NCBI GenBank assembly: GCA_937901455.1
Contig: CALDIA010000054.1
Coordinates: forward strand, 69,224-133,223
From: an uncultured Bacteroidales bacterium
GTDB lineage: Bacteria > Bacteroidota > Bacteroidia > Bacteroidales > WCHB1-69
DNA length: 64,000 nt
Direction of reading: 5' to 3'
Below are positions 48,051 through 58,300 of the stretch, piece by piece. The translations under genes were made by a program, and so were the position numbers. Every line of letters starts with the position of its first letter. Within the stretch, counting starts at the first letter, position 1. A model generated the notes under the pieces. The model worked only from the letters and a program-made list of their open reading frames with translations, did no database searches and had not been told where the DNA came from.

Positions 48051-49169
48051 CTATTTGTTCGTTTTCTCAAACTCCTGCATACAAGCGACAAGTGCTTCCA
48101 CGTCTTCCACGGTGCAGGCGTTGTAGAGGCTGGCGCGGAATCCGCCCACGGAACGGTGACCCTTAATGCCTACCATGCCGCACTCCTTGGCGAAGGCCAT
48201 GAAGGCGTCCTGCTTGTCCTCGTAGCCGGGAGCCATCACCCAGCAGTGGTTCATGATGGAGCGGTCGGCCTTGTCGGCCACGGTGCCCACGAACATGCTG
48301 TTGCGGTCGATTTCGTCATAGAGGAGGTTGGATTTCTTCAGGTTGATTTTGTTCATTTCTTCTACGCCACCAATGGTGTTTTTGAGCCATGTGAGGGTTT
48401 CGTGCATTACGAAAATGGGCAGCACGGGAGGCGTGTTGAACATAGAAATGTTCTTGGCTTCCTCAGCGGCGTGCGTACGGTAATCAATCATCGTGGGCAG
48501 CGGGTTCATGTAAGCGCGGTCACCAATCTGGCCGAGAATGTCTTTGCGTACAATGATGAAGGTGACACCAGCAGGTCCTACATTCTTCTGGGCACCACCG
48601 TAGATGAGACCGTATTTGGTCACGTCCACAGGACGGCTCATAATGTCGGAGGACATGTCGGCTACAAGCATCACATTGTTGCACTCTTCAGCGGTGAAGT
48701 CCTTACGGATTTCGGTACCATAGATGGTGTTGTTGGTAGTGATGTGGAAATAGTCGGCATCAGCGGGAACGGTCCACCCTTTGGGAATGTAGTTGTAAGT
48801 TTTGTCCTCTGAAGAGGCCACGATTTCGGTTGTACCGAAGTTCTTGGCTTCTTTGGCAGCTTTCTTAGCCCAAACACCTGTCTGCAGATAGGCAGCTTTG
48901 GTCTTCATCAGGTTGGCTGGCACCATGAAGAACTGGGTGCTGGCACCACCACCAAGGAATAAAACTTCGTAGTTATCGGGAATGTTGAGGAGGTCGCGCC
49001 ACAATTGGCGGGTCTCAGCCATTATACGCTCCCAACCAGGAGTACGGTGTGAGATTTCCATCAAACCTACACCCGTGTTGTCAAAATTGCGAATGGCGTT
49101 GATTGTAGATTCAACAGCCTCTTTGGGAAGGACGCAAGGTCCTGCGTTAAAATTATGTATCTCTTTCAT
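48051..49169 (-). CDS. serC: Phosphoserine aminotransferase
   Basis: It is a class-V aminotransferase with PLP-lysine context GAQKNVGPAGVT. The N-terminus is ..FNAGPCVLP... Confidence 0.93.
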   Translation of the reverse strand: MKEIHNFNAGPCVLPKEAVESTINAIRNFDNTGVGLMEISHRTPGWERIMAETRQLWRDLLNIPDNYEVLFLGGGASTQFFMVPANLMKTKAAYLQTGVWAKKAAKEAKNFGTTEIVASSEDKTYNYIPKGWTVPADADYFHITTNNTIYGTEIRKDFTAEECNNVMLVADMSSDIMSRPVDVTKYGLIYGGAQKNVGPAGVTFIIVRKDILGQIGDRAYMNPLPTMIDYRTHAAEEAKNISMFNTPPVLPIFVMHETLTWLKNTIGGVEEMNKINLKKSNLLYDEIDRNSMFVGTVADKADRSIMNHCWVMAPGYEDKQDAFMAFAKECGMVGIKGHRSVGGFRASLYNACTVEDVEALVACMQEFEKTNK

Positions 49170-49224
49170 AATAGGTATGTTATGTGTTTTTAAGTATTTT
49201 TTTTATTGAGTCTTTTCAACGCGG

Positions 49225-49232
49225 CAAAAATA
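49225..49232 (-). promoter_or_regulatory. -7 box TATTTTTG for serC-(4HB)-serA
   Basis: The reverse complement of caaaaata lies ~56 nt upstream of the serC ATG. Confidence 0.45.
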
Positions 49233-49352
49233 GTCTTTTATTTTGAGATTATCAACAAGATAAAAAAGGACAAAAGGGAGATTTTTCATTCAAAATCCCT
49301 GATGTACACAAGATAATAGGAGTTTATAAAGAATGGATGTGAAAAGCGACTA

Positions 49353-49916
49353 CTACTGTAGCACTCGATGAATCACTTCCGGATAATGTTGGTGTTCCAG
49401 TTGGTGGATTTTGGTTTCAATGTTTTCCAGCGAGTCCTGCTCCTCCGCGTGGAAGGCAAATTGGTCGATGATGGGTCCTGTATCCATACCCTCATCCACA
49501 AAATGAATGGTGATGCCGAACACTTTCACACCATAGCGGTAAGCGTCTTCAATGCCGTGAGCGCCCGCAAAGGATGGCAGCAGAGCCGGATGCAAGTTGA
49601 TGATCTTGTTGGGATAGTGCTGTAGCAACACTTTGCCTATGAATCGCATGTAACCAGCCAAAATGATGTAATCCACGTTTCTCAGCTGCAACTCCTGCAA
49701 GATGGCTGTCTCGTATGCCTCCTTGTTTTCATAATCCTTGGAGGAAAAAACGAACGCGTCAATACCATGGGTATTGGCGCGTTCGACAGCTTTGCAGTTT
49801 GGCTTGTCTGACACCAACAAGGCAATGTTGGCATCCAACGTATGAGCATCCACAGCATCAATAATGGCTTGGAAATTGGAACCGAAGCCCGATGCAAAAA
49901 CTGCAATGTTCTTCAT
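49353..49916 (-). CDS. purN: Phosphoribosylglycinamide formyltransferase
   Basis: The family motif is ..IINLHPALLPSFAGAHG... Length is 187 aa. Confidence 0.93.
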   Translation of the reverse strand: MKNIAVFASGFGSNFQAIIDAVDAHTLDANIALLVSDKPNCKAVERANTHGIDAFVFSSKDYENKEAYETAILQELQLRNVDYIILAGYMRFIGKVLLQHYPNKIINLHPALLPSFAGAHGIEDAYRYGVKVFGITIHFVDEGMDTGPIIDQFAFHAEEQDSLENIETKIHQLEHQHYPEVIHRVLQ

Positions 49917-49928
49917 ACAGTTAATCTG

Positions 49929-50435
49929 TTAGTGTCTGGGTTCTCCTTTAGGGCCTTGACCGTGAGGGCCTTTGCCGTCTTTAGGACAAGGTTTGTCACC
50001 CTCTTTTTTGCAACAGCCTTTCTCTCCTTCACCCTTGCAGCATTTGCCACAACAAGGCATCAGGTCAAAGGCAGCCTTTTTCTCATCTAAAGTCAGATTG
50101 TCCCAGTTGGCCATGGCTTTTTCAAATTCGGCTTTTTTAGCTTCCATTTCGGCTTTTTTAGCTTCCATTTCCTGCTCTTTGGCCTTTTCCTGGTCATAAG
50201 CGGCCTTGCGGTCGTTCAACAACTCAGCCTTGCGGGCATCATCCAGATTGTCCCAGTTTTTCCAGTCTTCCATAGCTTGCTTTTGCTCTTCAGACATCTC
50301 ATGGTGAGGGCCTTTCTTAGCATCAAGTTGCTCTTGGTTTGGCTGGTTAGGCTGCTCAGTCTCTTGGTTGTTCTTTGTGTTGCAGGAAGCGAAAATCAAA
50401 CTGCACACTACCATTAATGCGAAAATCTTTTTCAT
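49929..50435 (-). CDS. Lipoprotein with charged coiled region and Cys-rich (CC-repeat) C-terminal tail, unknown function
   Basis: The lipobox is FASC. The NWDNL motif occurs twice and EMEAKKA is repeated in tandem. The tail is MPCCGKCCKGEGEKGCCKKEGDKPCPKDGKGPHGQGPKGEPRH. Confidence 0.6.
   Translation of the reverse strand: MKKIFALMVVCSLIFASCNTKNNQETEQPNQPNQEQLDAKKGPHHEMSEEQKQAMEDWKNWDNLDDARKAELLNDRKAAYDQEKAKEQEMEAKKAEMEAKKAEFEKAMANWDNLTLDEKKAAFDLMPCCGKCCKGEGEKGCCKKEGDKPCPKDGKGPHGQGPKGEPRH
50130..50171. repeat. Perfect 21-bp tandem duplication inside the lipoprotein gene
   Basis: ggcttttttagcttccatttc occurs twice and encodes EMEAKKA-EMEAKKA. Confidence 0.9.
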
Positions 50436-50683
50436 TATTTATAGTTTTAAAAAGTTAACGTTATGCTAAACGCAAAAATTCTGATTTTATTGTGAGAAAA
50501 AAAGCATGGTAATTATTTGGTGATTCCGAAAGTTGAAAAAAGGAGTTGGGGGAATGGATAATTGGACAGGGGAGAGAATGTAGAGATTACCTTGAGCAGC
50601 TCCACCGGGGCAAGAGCTTGGTAGGGATAAAGGAGCGCGTGTTCAGGGAAAAATTGAGAATTATATAATTCATCGTTTTTTTC

Positions 50684-50691
50684 TATCTTTG
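50684..50691 (+). promoter_or_regulatory. -7 box TATCTTTG for sod-hutI
   Basis: The sequence TTTTTTCTATCTTTGCCGCC lies 22 nt upstream of the ATG. Confidence 0.55.
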
Positions 50692-50712
50692 CCGCCTAAA
50701 ACATAAAACACT

Positions 50713-51300
50713 ATGACAACTTTTGAATTAATGAATTTGCCATACGCTCAGGATGCCCTTGCGCCCGTCATCAGTCCTGAAACCGTTGGTTTTCACTACG
50801 GGAAACATCTCCAGACGTATGTTAACAACCTAAATGCAGCTATTGCAGGCACACCGTTTGCAGAAAAGTCTTTGGAGGAGATTGTGTGTATTGCAGAAGG
50901 CGGAATACTTAATAACGCCGGTCAAATACTGAACCATAACCTCTATTTTAGCCAGTTCATGGCACCCCAAGAGGATAACCGACCTAAGGGCCCATTGGCC
51001 GAAGCCATCAAGAAAACATTCGGCTCATTGGAGCAGTTTCAAGAAGAGTTTGTAAAGAAGGGTGCGGGACTCTTCGGGTCAGGATGGGTATGGCTTTCTG
51101 CTACTACCGAAGGCGATCTCGTGATCACCCAGGAGCCCAATGCGGCCAATCCCATCCAAAAAGGACTCGTACCCCTACTTACCTTCGATGTTTGGGAACA
51201 CGCCTATTATCTTGACTACCAGAATCGTCGCCCCGACCATCTCAAAGCCCTTTGGGCTATCGTTAACTGGAAGGTAGTGGCTGAGCGCTATGGCCGATAA
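50713..51300 (+). CDS. sod: Fe/Mn superoxide dismutase
   Basis: The family motif is ..DVWEHAYYLDYQNRRPDH... The N-terminus LPYA.DAL.P is also present. Confidence 0.96.
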   Translation: MTTFELMNLPYAQDALAPVISPETVGFHYGKHLQTYVNNLNAAIAGTPFAEKSLEEIVCIAEGGILNNAGQILNHNLYFSQFMAPQEDNRPKGPLAEAIKKTFGSLEQFQEEFVKKGAGLFGSGWVWLSATTEGDLVITQEPNAANPIQKGLVPLLTFDVWEHAYYLDYQNRRPDHLKALWAIVNWKVVAERYGR

Positions 51301-51334
51301 TCATTCATGTTAAAAAATCAAAAACCGATATACT

Positions 51335-52588
51335 ATGGCAATCTTAGTGACCAATATCAAACAACTGGTTCAAACAGAACCAAAGAAGCTGAAGTATCGT
51401 GCGGGAAAGGATATGATGAACCTGCCCATTATTGAAAATGCCTATCTTTTGACAGAAGGCGATGTTATCAAAGACTTTGGTTGCATGGATAGTCTGGATA
51501 GAACCAAGTTGTCGAAGCTAAAAGAGCCTTTGCAGGAGGTTGATGCTGCGGGGCGCATGGTGTTTCCCTCATTCTGTGATTCACACACGCATATTGTCTA
51601 TGCCGGCAGTCGCGAGGTGGAGTATATCGATAAAATTAAGGGCCTTAGTTACGAGGAGATTGCCAAGCGTGGCGGGGGCATTTTGAATTCCTCCAAGCGC
51701 TTGCATGAGGCGTCCGAAGATGAGCTTTTCGATAGTGCCTGGCAACGGCTCAACGAGATGGCTTCTTATGGTACCGGCGCCGTGGAAATCAAGAGCGGCT
51801 ATGGCCTCTCTACCGAAGATGAACTTAAAATGCTGCGTGTGATCCGCCGCCTGAAGGAGAAATCCCCAATGCTCATCAAAGCCAATTTCTTAGGCGCCCA
51901 CGCCGTCCCTGCCCAATATAAAAAGAACCCTGATGACTATGTGGACCTCATCATCAACGAGATGATCCCTATGGTGGCCGCCGAGGAACTGGCCGACTTT
52001 ATAGATGTGTTCTGCGACAAGGGATTCTTTACCGTGGAACAAACCGAACGAATGCTCATGCAAGGCATCAAGTACGGCCTCAGGCCCAAAATTCACGCCA
52101 ACGAGCTCGACTATTCAGGCGGCATCCAAGTAGGTGTGAAGTACAATGCACTGTCGGTGGATCATTTGGAATACACGGGTGATGCTGAGATTGCGGCCCT
52201 GTTGGACAGTGAGACCATGCCGACCATTTTACCGGGAGCCGCCTTCTTTCTCGGGATGGTTTGCGCCCCGGCCCGCAAGATGATGGATGCGGGCCTGCCC
52301 GTGGCTTTGGCCTCTGATTTCAACCCCGGCTCGTGCCCATCCGGCAATATGCAATTGGTGATTGCCATGGGCTCTATCATGTATAAAATGCTTCCCGAAG
52401 AGATTATCAATGCCACCACTATTAATACGGCTTACGCTTTGGGTGAACATGAAACTGTGGGATCCATCACCAAGGGGAAAAAGGCCAACTTTTTTATCAC
52501 CAAACCGATGGACACTATCTATTTTATGAACTACGCTTTTGGCAGTAATAAAATCGAGCGCTATTTTTTGAACGGCAAGGAGCAATAA
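51335..52588 (+). CDS. hutI: Imidazolonepropionase
   Basis: The amidohydrolase metal motif is ..FCDSHTHIVYAGSR... Later blocks are ..KIHANEL.. and ..ALASDFNPGS... Confidence 0.88.
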   Translation: MAILVTNIKQLVQTEPKKLKYRAGKDMMNLPIIENAYLLTEGDVIKDFGCMDSLDRTKLSKLKEPLQEVDAAGRMVFPSFCDSHTHIVYAGSREVEYIDKIKGLSYEEIAKRGGGILNSSKRLHEASEDELFDSAWQRLNEMASYGTGAVEIKSGYGLSTEDELKMLRVIRRLKEKSPMLIKANFLGAHAVPAQYKKNPDDYVDLIINEMIPMVAAEELADFIDVFCDKGFFTVEQTERMLMQGIKYGLRPKIHANELDYSGGIQVGVKYNALSVDHLEYTGDAEIAALLDSETMPTILPGAAFFLGMVCAPARKMMDAGLPVALASDFNPGSCPSGNMQLVIAMGSIMYKMLPEEIINATTINTAYALGEHETVGSITKGKKANFFITKPMDTIYFMNYAFGSNKIERYFLNGKEQ

Positions 52589-52660
52589 CACGAATCCCTT
52601 GGACAGCAGTGAACTTCAGGAGAAGTGGTTCAAAAGAGTCCACCAAAAACAGTTAATAGG

Positions 52661-54253
52661 TTACTTTTTTAATACCTCCAAGGCTTTCAACACTACGGGG
52701 TCGGTGGCGTTAAGCGTTTTGTAGTAGGCCTCATCGCCGAAAAGGTTGCGCCCAATGAGGGCCTTCAGCCATACTTTTAACTCTTTTTTGGATTCCGCAT
52801 TGAGAGCCGGTGGTTCGTTTTTGGTCAGAGTCTGATAGTACTGTAAAAGATCCTGCACTTGCTTGTCGCTGACGATCATCTTGTTACAGAACGTCTTGAC
52901 ATCGGGATATTGCTTCAGCAACGCATCCTTATGCTCGTTGGCATAATGGAAGGCGTACTGCACAAGTGCCGCGGTGTTGGAAACAGCATAGAAACTGCTC
53001 TTGGTGTCGGAATATTGCAACGGTACGAAATAGTCAGGCATAATGCCTCCACCGCCATAAACGGTGCGTCCATTAGAAGTGTGGAAAATTTGGGTGGAGT
53101 CAAGCCTGATACTGTCCACAGATTCCATTTCTCCATTCATTAGCCTGTTAATGATCTCCTCGTAATAAGCCTCCGTACCTTTTTTGTAGTCGCGTTGAAT
53201 ACAGCGGCCGCTGGGTGTGTGATAACGGGCAGTGGTCAGTCGGATGGTGGAGTTGTCCTCTAGTTCAAACTGTCGCTGTACCAGTCCTTTGCCGAATGAT
53301 CGTCGGCCCACAATCCAGCCTCTGTCGTTGTCTTGCACAGCGCCAGCCACAATCTCTGAGGCCGATGCACTATAGTCATCAATCAGCACCACCACCTGGC
53401 CGCTTTCAAAATCGCCTTTCCGAGTTGCAGTGATGATTTCAGGTCGCACATTGAGGCCTTCAATGGAAACGATCTTCTGCTTGTTGGGCAGCAACTCGTC
53501 GCACACACCGACAGCAGCATCCAAGAAACCTCCAGCATTGCCCCTCAAATCCAAAACCATTGCTTTCATACCTTGTTGCTTGAGTTTTTTGATGGCTTTC
53601 TGAAATTCCTCTACCGTGGTACTGCCAAACTCGTTGATTTTGATATAGCCTGTTTGGTCGTTAATCATAAAGGAAACATCCACCGTGTAGATAGGAATCA
53701 CGTTTCTTTTTATTTCATAAGTATAAACCTCGTCAAAACCGGGTCTCTTGATGCCCACTTTCACTTTAGTGCCCTTTTTTCCCCGCAACAGTTTGTAAGC
53801 TTTTTCGCTGGTGATGCCGATGATGGACTCCCCGTCAACCGACACCATGCGGTCGCCCGCCCGTATGCCGGCCTTTTCTGAAGGGCCGCCAGAAATGGTG
53901 GAAATAACCATTAGCGTGTCGTTCATGATGTTGAACTGAATGCCAACACCCTCAAACGACCCCTCCAACGACTCCATCAGTATCTTGTTGTCTTCGGCTG
54001 AGGAATATGAGGAGTGGGGGTCTAACGTCTGCAAGATGGAATTGATGGATACATCGTAAAGCGAGTCCACATTGATGGAGTCCACATAGTATCTGTCAAT
54101 GTAGTTGAGAACCTCATTCAATTTCTGTAAGTGGGCGTTACGCGTAATCGTCTTTTTGGAGTTCAGAAAATGAACGGTCACCGTCATCCCCAACAGAAAG
54201 GCGATGAGGAGATAAAAAAAGATCATCCAGCGGTTATATCGGTCGGTATTCAT
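52661..54253 (-). CDS. S41 family C-terminal processing (tail-specific) peptidase
   Basis: It has an N-terminal membrane anchor and a PDZ-like region (..GPSEKAGIRAGD..). The catalytic blocks are ..LRGNAGG.. and ..DDYSASASE... Confidence 0.9.
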   Translation of the reverse strand: MNTDRYNRWMIFFYLLIAFLLGMTVTVHFLNSKKTITRNAHLQKLNEVLNYIDRYYVDSINVDSLYDVSINSILQTLDPHSSYSSAEDNKILMESLEGSFEGVGIQFNIMNDTLMVISTISGGPSEKAGIRAGDRMVSVDGESIIGITSEKAYKLLRGKKGTKVKVGIKRPGFDEVYTYEIKRNVIPIYTVDVSFMINDQTGYIKINEFGSTTVEEFQKAIKKLKQQGMKAMVLDLRGNAGGFLDAAVGVCDELLPNKQKIVSIEGLNVRPEIITATRKGDFESGQVVVLIDDYSASASEIVAGAVQDNDRGWIVGRRSFGKGLVQRQFELEDNSTIRLTTARYHTPSGRCIQRDYKKGTEAYYEEIINRLMNGEMESVDSIRLDSTQIFHTSNGRTVYGGGGIMPDYFVPLQYSDTKSSFYAVSNTAALVQYAFHYANEHKDALLKQYPDVKTFCNKMIVSDKQVQDLLQYYQTLTKNEPPALNAESKKELKVWLKALIGRNLFGDEAYYKTLNATDPVVLKALEVLKK

Positions 54254-54261
54254 ATGAGCGA

Positions 54262-55323
54262 CTATTCGTTTAAAGTGTTATTGTTTTGCTGTCTTTGTAT
54301 GGAGGCTTGATGTAATAGATTTAGGAATTGGTCAATGAAGAGGGTGTAAGGTTCGTCTTGTCCGGGAAGATGGTAGCGCTCCACCACTTTCTGCCATTGT
54401 TGCGGTTGCACCACTGGCAGATGATTCTCTTTTTTGATGTTGGCAATTTCATCAATAATTTGCATTCTTTGCCAGAGTAGTTGGCTGAGTTGGTTATCCA
54501 CATTTTCCAGCAGGGATCTTTGTCCAACGAGTTTACCATCCGGGGTGTTGGTGGGTTTTTTGAGATGTTGTGTCATATCGGCCCATTGTATGGGAGTCAA
54601 TTGCTGTTGGGCATCGCTCAAGGCGTTGTCCGGGGAGCAGTGACATTCAGTCATCAGTCCATTGAAGCCATAGGAAAGGGCTATCTGTGCCATTTGGGGT
54701 ATATAGCGTACGTGGCCGCATAAGTGAGAGGGGTCGCACAAGATGGGCATGTCGGGGTACCGAAGCTTTAAGTCCACAGGTATCTCCCAGCAAGGAGCAT
54801 TGCGGAAAACTTTCTCTTTATTGTCGGGGAAGCCGCGATGCACAGCCATGACCATTCGGCAGTCGGCTTGCAAAAAACGCTCTATGTTGCCAATCCATAA
54901 AGCCAAGTCGGCCACTAAAGGGTTTTTTACGATGATGGTGAAAGGCTTGTGACGAACAGTGTCAGCCAATTTTTGGACCTCCACGGGATTAACGCCTGTA
55001 CGTGCGCCAATCCAGACAGTGTGGATGCCGTACTGCTCACAAAGCTCTATGTGCTTGGGGGTTAGTGCCTCTACACAGACTGGGATATTGTATTTGGACT
55101 GAATTTCGGAAAGCCAGGGCAAAGCGGCTTCGCCCACCCCTCTAAAGCTGTTGGGATGGCTTCGCGGTTTCCACACGCCCGCCCTGAAATAGTCGAGCCA
55201 TAAAGCCCGGCGCTGCACCTCTTCCACAAGCTGCTGCGCCGTCAGGAACAACTGTTCCTCACATTCCACGGCACAAGGTCCTGCAATCCATATTGGTCGC
55301 TGCGGTCTTTTATTCTCTGTCAT
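54262..55323 (-). CDS. Bifunctional 3-deoxy-7-phosphoheptulonate synthase / chorismate mutase type II
   Basis: The N-terminus is a KDOPS-like DAHPS barrel (..IAGPCAVE.., ..CDPSH..). The C-terminal ~90 aa is a helical chorismate mutase (..LLENVDNQLSQLLWQRMQIIDEIANIK..). Confidence 0.85.
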   Translation of the reverse strand: MTENKRPQRPIWIAGPCAVECEEQLFLTAQQLVEEVQRRALWLDYFRAGVWKPRSHPNSFRGVGEAALPWLSEIQSKYNIPVCVEALTPKHIELCEQYGIHTVWIGARTGVNPVEVQKLADTVRHKPFTIIVKNPLVADLALWIGNIERFLQADCRMVMAVHRGFPDNKEKVFRNAPCWEIPVDLKLRYPDMPILCDPSHLCGHVRYIPQMAQIALSYGFNGLMTECHCSPDNALSDAQQQLTPIQWADMTQHLKKPTNTPDGKLVGQRSLLENVDNQLSQLLWQRMQIIDEIANIKKENHLPVVQPQQWQKVVERYHLPGQDEPYTLFIDQFLNLLHQASIQRQQNNNTLNE

Positions 55324-58300
55324 CCTCGGCCTCTCCCTCCTCTTCTTCAGGAGTAAAATAGTTCTTCACAAATTTGTTCTTCCATCCCCTGTTACCCAAC
55401 TTGTAGGTGAAAGAGGGAAGCCCGTTTTCTGGGGCTAACGATCTGTTCTTGGGCTTTATCTTGCTAATGCCCTCGTTAAAGTTCTTGTCAGAAGAGTAGG
55501 CCGACACCGTATTGTTCTCAAATTGGAAATAGTAGAATTGGTCATCAAACTCAAAATAGAGATAGAGCTTGTTACGTGAGCCTTTCTTCTCGATGACAAT
55601 GCGTCCAGGCACCATCTTGAACACCTGCTTCGCACCGCAGATGATTAGTGGCAGGGTGCGCTGTGACTTGAAAGTGTGCTGGTCTTTGTCCCATTCAAAG
55701 AACAGATCGGAGAATAAGAATTTTACTTGAAGGGCGGTGGGGAGGTGGCGGTTGGTGTTGCCCAAGGCCATATTGTGCGTGTAGCGCTGGTACTCCTCAC
55801 GTCCTAAGATGGATTTGAGCGACATGTCGAAAGCCTCATCCTCAGATATGTCCACAAAGTCCATGGAGGTTGAGTTTTCCAGCATTTTGTTCATCTGTTT
55901 CATCGATTCGTCGCTGAAGAAGAAGTCGATGGAGGTGGTGAGGTGCATTTCGGCAGAGTCGGCCGCCATGTAGTTGATGACGGTACCATTGGTGATGAAT
56001 TTCACGCGTCCCAGCTTGGCGCCCATGTCAATCTCACCAATACCGGTGGTAATACATTGGTCAGTGTTGAGGGTGATAATATTGCCCACAACCTCAGGGT
56101 CTTCCAATTTTTCCTTGGAGGCAGCGATAAATTCATGTGTTTCTTTGTCGTATTTGATGAAGCCGAACACGTTGATATACTCGGCATCATTGAATTCATC
56201 CTTGGCAGTACCAAAGGCTGTGTAGATGCGCCCAGTCTTGTTGGAGGATGCGATAGCCACCACCACTTTTCGCTCATCCATGTCTTTGGTGCGGTCGTGT
56301 ACCTCCAACATGATATTGTTGGGATCAACCTGTTGCAGGATTTTCAGACGTGCATGCTTGATGGTGTCGCAGCCAGTACGGATCTCCACACCACCGAAGT
56401 AGGAGAGGAAAGGCTGGGTGCTGTGTAACTCGGCACGTCCGTCAAAGCCAAACTGGTCGCTGAACTGGAAGTTTTTCTCAATGGGGATCTTGGCTTCACC
56501 AAAGGTCTCTTTGGTTACAAAAAACAAGGTGTCGAAATAGAGTTGCTGTATCTGCTGATTCTCATCCACATAGTCGTAATAACCATTGCCATATAAACGG
56601 GTGGCGGTGCGTATCTTGATGTCGCAGTCGTAAAGCTCGTGGTATTTGTTTTCCCTTCCAGCCAGGAGTCGGGAACCGACAAGACGGTCCATCTCTGCTT
56701 TTTCGCGGATGATAACCACCCCGCCTCGAGGCGTGACGGCTGCATCGCCAACGTTGATGTAGCGCACCCCATGGGCGTAAATGATATTCTCTGTAAAGTC
56801 AAACTCGGCACTCAAAGCATTGAATCTGTAGCCCACCGATGGGTCTGAAGCATACAATTCGTTGCCTTCGCTATGCATGTCCACCAATTCTTTGATTTCA
56901 GTATTGTCAATGTCCACGTCTTTATAGGGATCATCCCATTTGAAACGTAAACGGGTGGAGTCGATGGGATCCCACTCAAATTCGGAGGCGATACCTTTCA
57001 TTTCATTCTTCACGAAGAAGATTTCAGAGGCTTGCCCGTTGGCTTTGAAGACACCTTTCCGGGTTTTGAAGTCCACGTGTGAGTTATAGTTGCGAGTGGA
57101 AAAGGCAATATTGTCCTTGTTCTTGCTGAGGTCGTAGATTTGAAGATCAGCCGTGTCGGCAAAGAGTTCGTGATGATGGAAGGCGAAGAGCCGTGAGGTG
57201 ATGTCGGCCCGGTTGAACTTGACAATGCCAGTGCCAAACATGCCGTTGGGCGTAATCTTGGAGTTGCCAGTCAATTCCGTTTCATTAAATACAGAAATGG
57301 GGTTCTGGCGCGAGTGGATAAACATTTGATCCTGATAGGGTTCCCAATGCAGATAGGCCTCTTCCACCGAGGCGGGTGGAAACTCCACACCGGCAATCTG
57401 CTCTTCTACCACATGATTGTTGGCCGCCCCATTGGTGGAGTCCAAGTAGAATACCAAACTGTCAGAAAAGGTGTGCGAGGTGATATAGTCGATGGTGCCA
57501 CGTCCACGCAAGCCTTCATGACTCAGACTGATAGAGCCTGCATAGCCACCCTTGGTCCCGTACATAGGCAGACCGCCCGTCTGATGCTTGAAACCCAAAG
57601 AGAAATCCTTCTGCACCTGCAAAGGCTCGTGAATATCCGGAAAAATACCACCCGAGATCAAAGCCCCCGAGAACTTCATGGAGTCAATGACAAAGTTGTC
57701 GAGATTGACAATCCTGAATTCATTTACGGAGTAGAAGAAACGATTTCTGTCATAGACGCCCCCAAGAATCTCCGGTTTGTCGTAAAAGACCTTGCCTCCC
57801 TTACGGGCTTCAAAGATGGGATAGTCGGGATAATCGGTCATGCCGGATTTGTTACCAGGAACATCAATATAAAGAACGCCTGACAATTCCTCAATCTGAC
57901 TGCGTACCCGTTGCAGTTTATAGTCACCGTACATGTCCATCGGCCCATCCTTGTCTTCCACATACATGATCAAGGTGTCGATAATGTCCATGTCCACCAG
58001 AAAACGGTCGTAGTCAAAGTTGCAGTTGTGGGTCACAAAGTCGAAGAGACCGCCAATCACCCTACCAGAGAAGACCATGTTACGATTTTTCTTGACGGTT
58101 ACCAGTTCGTTCATCGGATATACATTCACAATTTGGGGGTCGCTAAGCACAAAAAACTCGCAGCCGGTAATTTTCAAGTCGTTGGTGAGCAAGTCCAGGG
58201 AGGCATAGTGTGTTTTCGACTCCAAGCGGATATAGTCGTAGTCACGCTTTTTGATTTGGTTGTTCAGATAGCGGGCTATTTTGCTTCGGTAGTGGATTTT

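Noticed and set aside
51335-52588. hutI sits without hutH/hutU neighbours.
   Set aside because: The other hut genes may lie elsewhere in the genome. Nothing in the sequence itself is anomalous.
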